64,000 bases of DNA from positions 76,439 through 140,438 of the forward strand of contig JBDTEO010000011.1 in assembly GCA_039922495.1 (NCBI GenBank). The letters are read 5' to 3'. This document shows positions 60,055 through 64,000 of this stretch, piece after piece (position 1 is the stretch's first letter; every line of letters starts with the position of its first letter). Origin of the DNA: Candidatus Dormibacter sp. (GTDB taxonomy: Bacteria; Chloroflexota; Dormibacteria; CF-121). Below the pieces are notes generated by a model. The model did no database searches. It was not told where the DNA came from and saw only the letters and a list, made by a program, of their open reading frames with translations. The position numbers and the translations under genes were made by a program.

Positions 60055-60829
60055 TCAAGCCACCAATCGCCCGCGGGAGCCGCCGCTGATCCTGGCCTCC
60101 GCGTCGCCGCGGCGGATCGAGATCCTGGCCGCTTTTGGGGTTCGCTTCCGCACCGTGCCGGCGCGCATCGATGAGCGCCCACCGCGACCGTTGACGCCGT
60201 TGCGGCTGGCCCAATGGGCCGCCGGCGCCAAAGTGGCCGCGGTCGCCCGCCGCTTTCCGGATGCGACCGTGGTTGGCGCCGACACCGTGGTCGCCCTGGA
60301 CGGCCGGGCTTACGGCAAGCCCGTCGACGAGGCCGGCGCGGCAGCCATGCTGCGGACGCTGTCCGGCCGGACGCACGTCGTCTATACCGCGGTCGCGGTG
60401 CGCTGCGGGCGAGGACGGCGTAAGACCGATGGGTACTCCCGCACCTATGTCACCATGCGTGATCTTTCACCTCGCGTGATCGCTACCTACCTGCAGACCG
60501 GCGAGGCGCAGGATAAGGCCGGTGCCTACGCTATACAGGGCGAAGGTCGGCGGCTTGTGCGTTCGATCCGCGGACCCTATGACAATGTCGTCGGAATGCC
60601 GATGCACCTGGTCGAGCGCTTGCTGCAGGCCTGCGGCATGACGGTTTGGGTAATCAATGCGGATGGAGCACAGCACGATCCAGATACGAGACGGCCGCGA
60701 GCGGCGCGGCAGGGTTGGGGCCGGCCTGATCCTCCTCTTGCTGAGCGCGATCGCTCTCGCGGGGTGCGGCGCCGCAAGCAGCTCGCGGCTGGTGATCACC
60801 CAGAGCACCGACGTCACCAGCGGTCCTGA
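60047..60829 (+). CDS. maf: Maf nucleotide pyrophosphatase
   Basis: LILASASPRR, GADTVV, GKP, LSGRTH, DKAGAY.IQG, NVVGMP; C-terminal extension overlaps the next gene. Confidence 0.92.
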   Translation: MSDQATNRPREPPLILASASPRRIEILAAFGVRFRTVPARIDERPPRPLTPLRLAQWAAGAKVAAVARRFPDATVVGADTVVALDGRAYGKPVDEAGAAAMLRTLSGRTHVVYTAVAVRCGRGRRKTDGYSRTYVTMRDLSPRVIATYLQTGEAQDKAGAYAIQGEGRRLVRSIRGPYDNVVGMPMHLVERLLQACGMTVWVINADGAQHDPDTRRPRAARQGWGRPDPPLAERDRSRGVRRRKQLAAGDHPEHRRHQRS

Positions 60830-62027
60830 TCACAAGGGCCATCTCGCCCCCGGGGCGTTTGCCGGGATCACGCTCTCGATCCGCAACACCGGAACCGGTC
60901 CCGCCCGCGGCCTGACGATCGAAGATGTGCTGCCGGCCGGCTTTCGTTACTACGAGCTGACCACGCTCGGTGGCAATGCCATCCGGACGGCGGTCAGCGA
61001 TCCGGCCGCCTCCGGGAATCCTCGCTGGGGGACCTTCACCATCCCGGCGGGCACCGCCACCCGCGAGAGCGCGCTGGTCATCAGCTTCAAGGTGCAGGCC
61101 GCCAGCAAGCCCGGCGACTACCAGAATCACATCAAGGTGGTCAGTTCGACCGCGGTGGAGCTCGACCAGGGGGACCCGGTCGCCCTGGTGATCGAACCGC
61201 GGCCGGCGCTGAACCTGACCACTGCGGCGACGACCGCCCAGGTCAACACCGGCGGCACGGCCACCTACGTCGTCTCCGTCGCCAACGTGGGCTCCGCCAC
61301 CGCCAAAGGGGTGGCGGTCTCGGTTAGCCTGCCCCCCGGCTTTCTCTACCAGGCGACCTCGGCCTACGAGGGCAACAGCTCGCGCACCCAGTCGGTCGAT
61401 CCGCCGGCCGGCAGCTTGCTGCCGGTCTGGGCCTCGTGGGATGTGCCCGGCGCGGCCAACGGCGCGCCCGGGTCGCTGCGGCTCACCTTCCAGGCGCGCG
61501 TCCTGCCGGCGGTGAAGCCCGGCCTGTATAGCGTGACGAGCGCGGTGACCGGCGTCAACGACATCCCGGCCCAGACGATTGGCAACAGTGCCTCGATCGC
61601 GGTCGGCAAGGGGACCTCGATCCCGGTGGTGATGACCGTCTCGCCGATTGGGCCCTACACCAGTCAGGACGGGACCGTGAGCTACACGATCACGGTCGAA
61701 AACGACAGCAACGATGCCGCCCAGGCGGTGACGGTCACCGACACCCTGCCCCAGGGGTTCAGCTTCAAGTCGACGTTCGGCATCACGATCAATGGCAAGG
61801 CCGCCACGTCGCGCCTCCAACCGGCCGCGGGCGGCGGGACACCCCAGTGGGGGCCCTTTACGATTCCCGCCGGCGGGTTCAACGGCGCCACCCTTACGAT
61901 CATCTTTACCGCGAAGCTCGCCTCGGCCTCGCTCGGTCCGCACACCAACGTCGTCTCCGGTAATAGCAGCAATGCCCAGATCACCGGCGCCTCCGACCAG
62001 AATCCAGTCGTCGTCACGGCCGGCTGA
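60657..62027 (+). CDS. Lipoprotein with three DUF11-like Ig repeats
   Basis: Lipobox LAGC; three repeats of N.G...A..V...D.LP.GF. Confidence 0.85.
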   Translation: MRMEHSTIQIRDGRERRGRVGAGLILLLLSAIALAGCGAASSSRLVITQSTDVTSGPDHKGHLAPGAFAGITLSIRNTGTGPARGLTIEDVLPAGFRYYELTTLGGNAIRTAVSDPAASGNPRWGTFTIPAGTATRESALVISFKVQAASKPGDYQNHIKVVSSTAVELDQGDPVALVIEPRPALNLTTAATTAQVNTGGTATYVVSVANVGSATAKGVAVSVSLPPGFLYQATSAYEGNSSRTQSVDPPAGSLLPVWASWDVPGAANGAPGSLRLTFQARVLPAVKPGLYSVTSAVTGVNDIPAQTIGNSASIAVGKGTSIPVVMTVSPIGPYTSQDGTVSYTITVENDSNDAAQAVTVTDTLPQGFSFKSTFGITINGKAATSRLQPAAGGGTPQWGPFTIPAGGFNGATLTIIFTAKLASASLGPHTNVVSGNSSNAQITGASDQNPVVVTAG

Positions 62028-62083
62028 TCGCCGGGTCCGGGCCTCATGCTCGGTTTAGGCTGATTACGGGACAATAAGCGCGG

Positions 62084-62749
62084 ATGTCCAAGACGCAGCG
62101 GGAACTCAAGGCGATGCGCCAGGCCCAGCGGGAAGAGGCCGCCGCCCGGCAGAAGGCCCGCGACCGGCGCAACCTGTTGATCATCGGGGGCGGTGTCGTC
62201 GGGCTGGCCCTGGCCATCGTGGTCGTCGCCCTGATCCTGAATCACCAGTCGCAGGTGGCGCAGGCCAGCCACCTCAAGTTCCAGGCGGTGACCACGCCGG
62301 TTGGCCAGGCGATTGCCGACGAGGGCACGGCGACCCACGTCGACCCCTCGACGACCCCGACCTACAAGTTCTACCCGCCCACCTCGGGACCGCACTACAA
62401 CGTCCAGGGCTTCGCGCCGGTGGCCTGGCAGACGATCGCCACCCTGCAGGACGGCCAGTTCGTCCACAACCTCGAGCACGGGGGGATCGCCATCCTTTAC
62501 AACTGCCCGAGCGGGAGCGACTGCACCACGCTGCGCAACCAGCTCGAGCACTACGTCAAGGACCTGGCGCCGCTCGACCCCCAGTTCAACGAGGTCAAGC
62601 TGGTCATGACCCCCTACACGCAGGGCATGCAGAAGAAAGTGGCGCTGGTCGCCTGGCACTACGTCGACTTCCTGGACTCCTACGATCAAAACGAGATCAC
62701 GCGCTTCTACGAAAGCCACGTCGACCGGGGACCCGAGCAGATCCCGTGA
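62084..62749 (+). CDS. DUF3105 membrane-anchored protein
   Basis: PPTSGPH, VHNLEHG, GPE. Confidence 0.88.
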   Translation: MSKTQRELKAMRQAQREEAAARQKARDRRNLLIIGGGVVGLALAIVVVALILNHQSQVAQASHLKFQAVTTPVGQAIADEGTATHVDPSTTPTYKFYPPTSGPHYNVQGFAPVAWQTIATLQDGQFVHNLEHGGIAILYNCPSGSDCTTLRNQLEHYVKDLAPLDPQFNEVKLVMTPYTQGMQKKVALVAWHYVDFLDSYDQNEITRFYESHVDRGPEQIP

Positions 62750-62780
62750 TAGACTACGAAGTCGCGCCCGGGGGCGCTGA

Positions 62781-63131
62781 ATGATGTTTGCCATCGTCGC
62801 GACCAGCGGAAAGCAGTTCAGAGTCTCGGAAGGCGACCGCATCCTGGTCGACCGCGTCCCCGAGGACGTCGGCGCGCAGGTCCGCCTGGACTCGGTGCTG
62901 ATGCTCGGCGGCGATGATCGCCCGGTGATCGGGACGCCCCTGGTCTCCGGGGCCCTGGTCGATGCCACCGTGGTGGCGCATCGCTCGGGCGAGAAGATCA
63001 TTGTCTTCAAGTTCGAGGCGCGCAAGCGTCACCGGCGCAAGATCGGCCACCGCCAGCAGCTCTCGGAGCTCCGGATCGGCGCGATCCATCCGCCCGGACG
63101 GGCAAAGAAATCACCAAAAACGGGAGAGTGA
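62781..63131 (+). CDS. rplU: 50S ribosomal protein L21
   Basis: MFAIVATSGKQFRVSEGD, GHRQ. Confidence 0.96.
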   Translation: MMFAIVATSGKQFRVSEGDRILVDRVPEDVGAQVRLDSVLMLGGDDRPVIGTPLVSGALVDATVVAHRSGEKIIVFKFEARKRHRRKIGHRQQLSELRIGAIHPPGRAKKSPKTGE

Positions 63132-63134
63132 CCG

Positions 63135-64000
<866 letters not shown>

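Overview
High-GC chromosomal segment, mostly housekeeping genes. Gene content suggests a Chloroflexota-related soil lineage such as Ca. Dormibacterota; this is an inference. In order it carries: accD (partial), fabH, yjbQ and a GH15 glucoamylase; a respiratory cluster (Rieske, split cytochrome b6 plus subunit IV, triheme cytochrome c, an A2-type heme-copper oxidase whose subunit II has an extra blue-copper domain, a CtaA-CtaB fusion, a cupredoxin lipoprotein and several unannotated membrane microproteins); birA, an HD hydrolase and xseAB; and a minus-strand regulatory module. That module comprises a 28-aa secreted-peptide gene missing from the ORF track, an XRE-HTH/TPR (RRNPP-like) regulator and a BldD homologue with an intact c-di-GMP motif. 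After it come tRNA-Arg with a small accessory islet, repair and helicase genes, fadD, hemQ-hemE, an ABC exporter, an orphan parA with a partner gene, an amine-catabolic operon with a structured leader, thpR, tRNA-Arg, galT, psuG, tRNA-Leu-tig-clpP-clpX-lon-valS, two degenerate antiporter-like membrane proteins, maf, a DUF11 lipoprotein and rplU-rpmA-obg. The best candidate for a new system is the peptide/TPR-receptor/BldD module at 19119-21415. No CRISPR array, integrase or transposase was seen. All family assignments come from motif recognition by eye, not from database searches.
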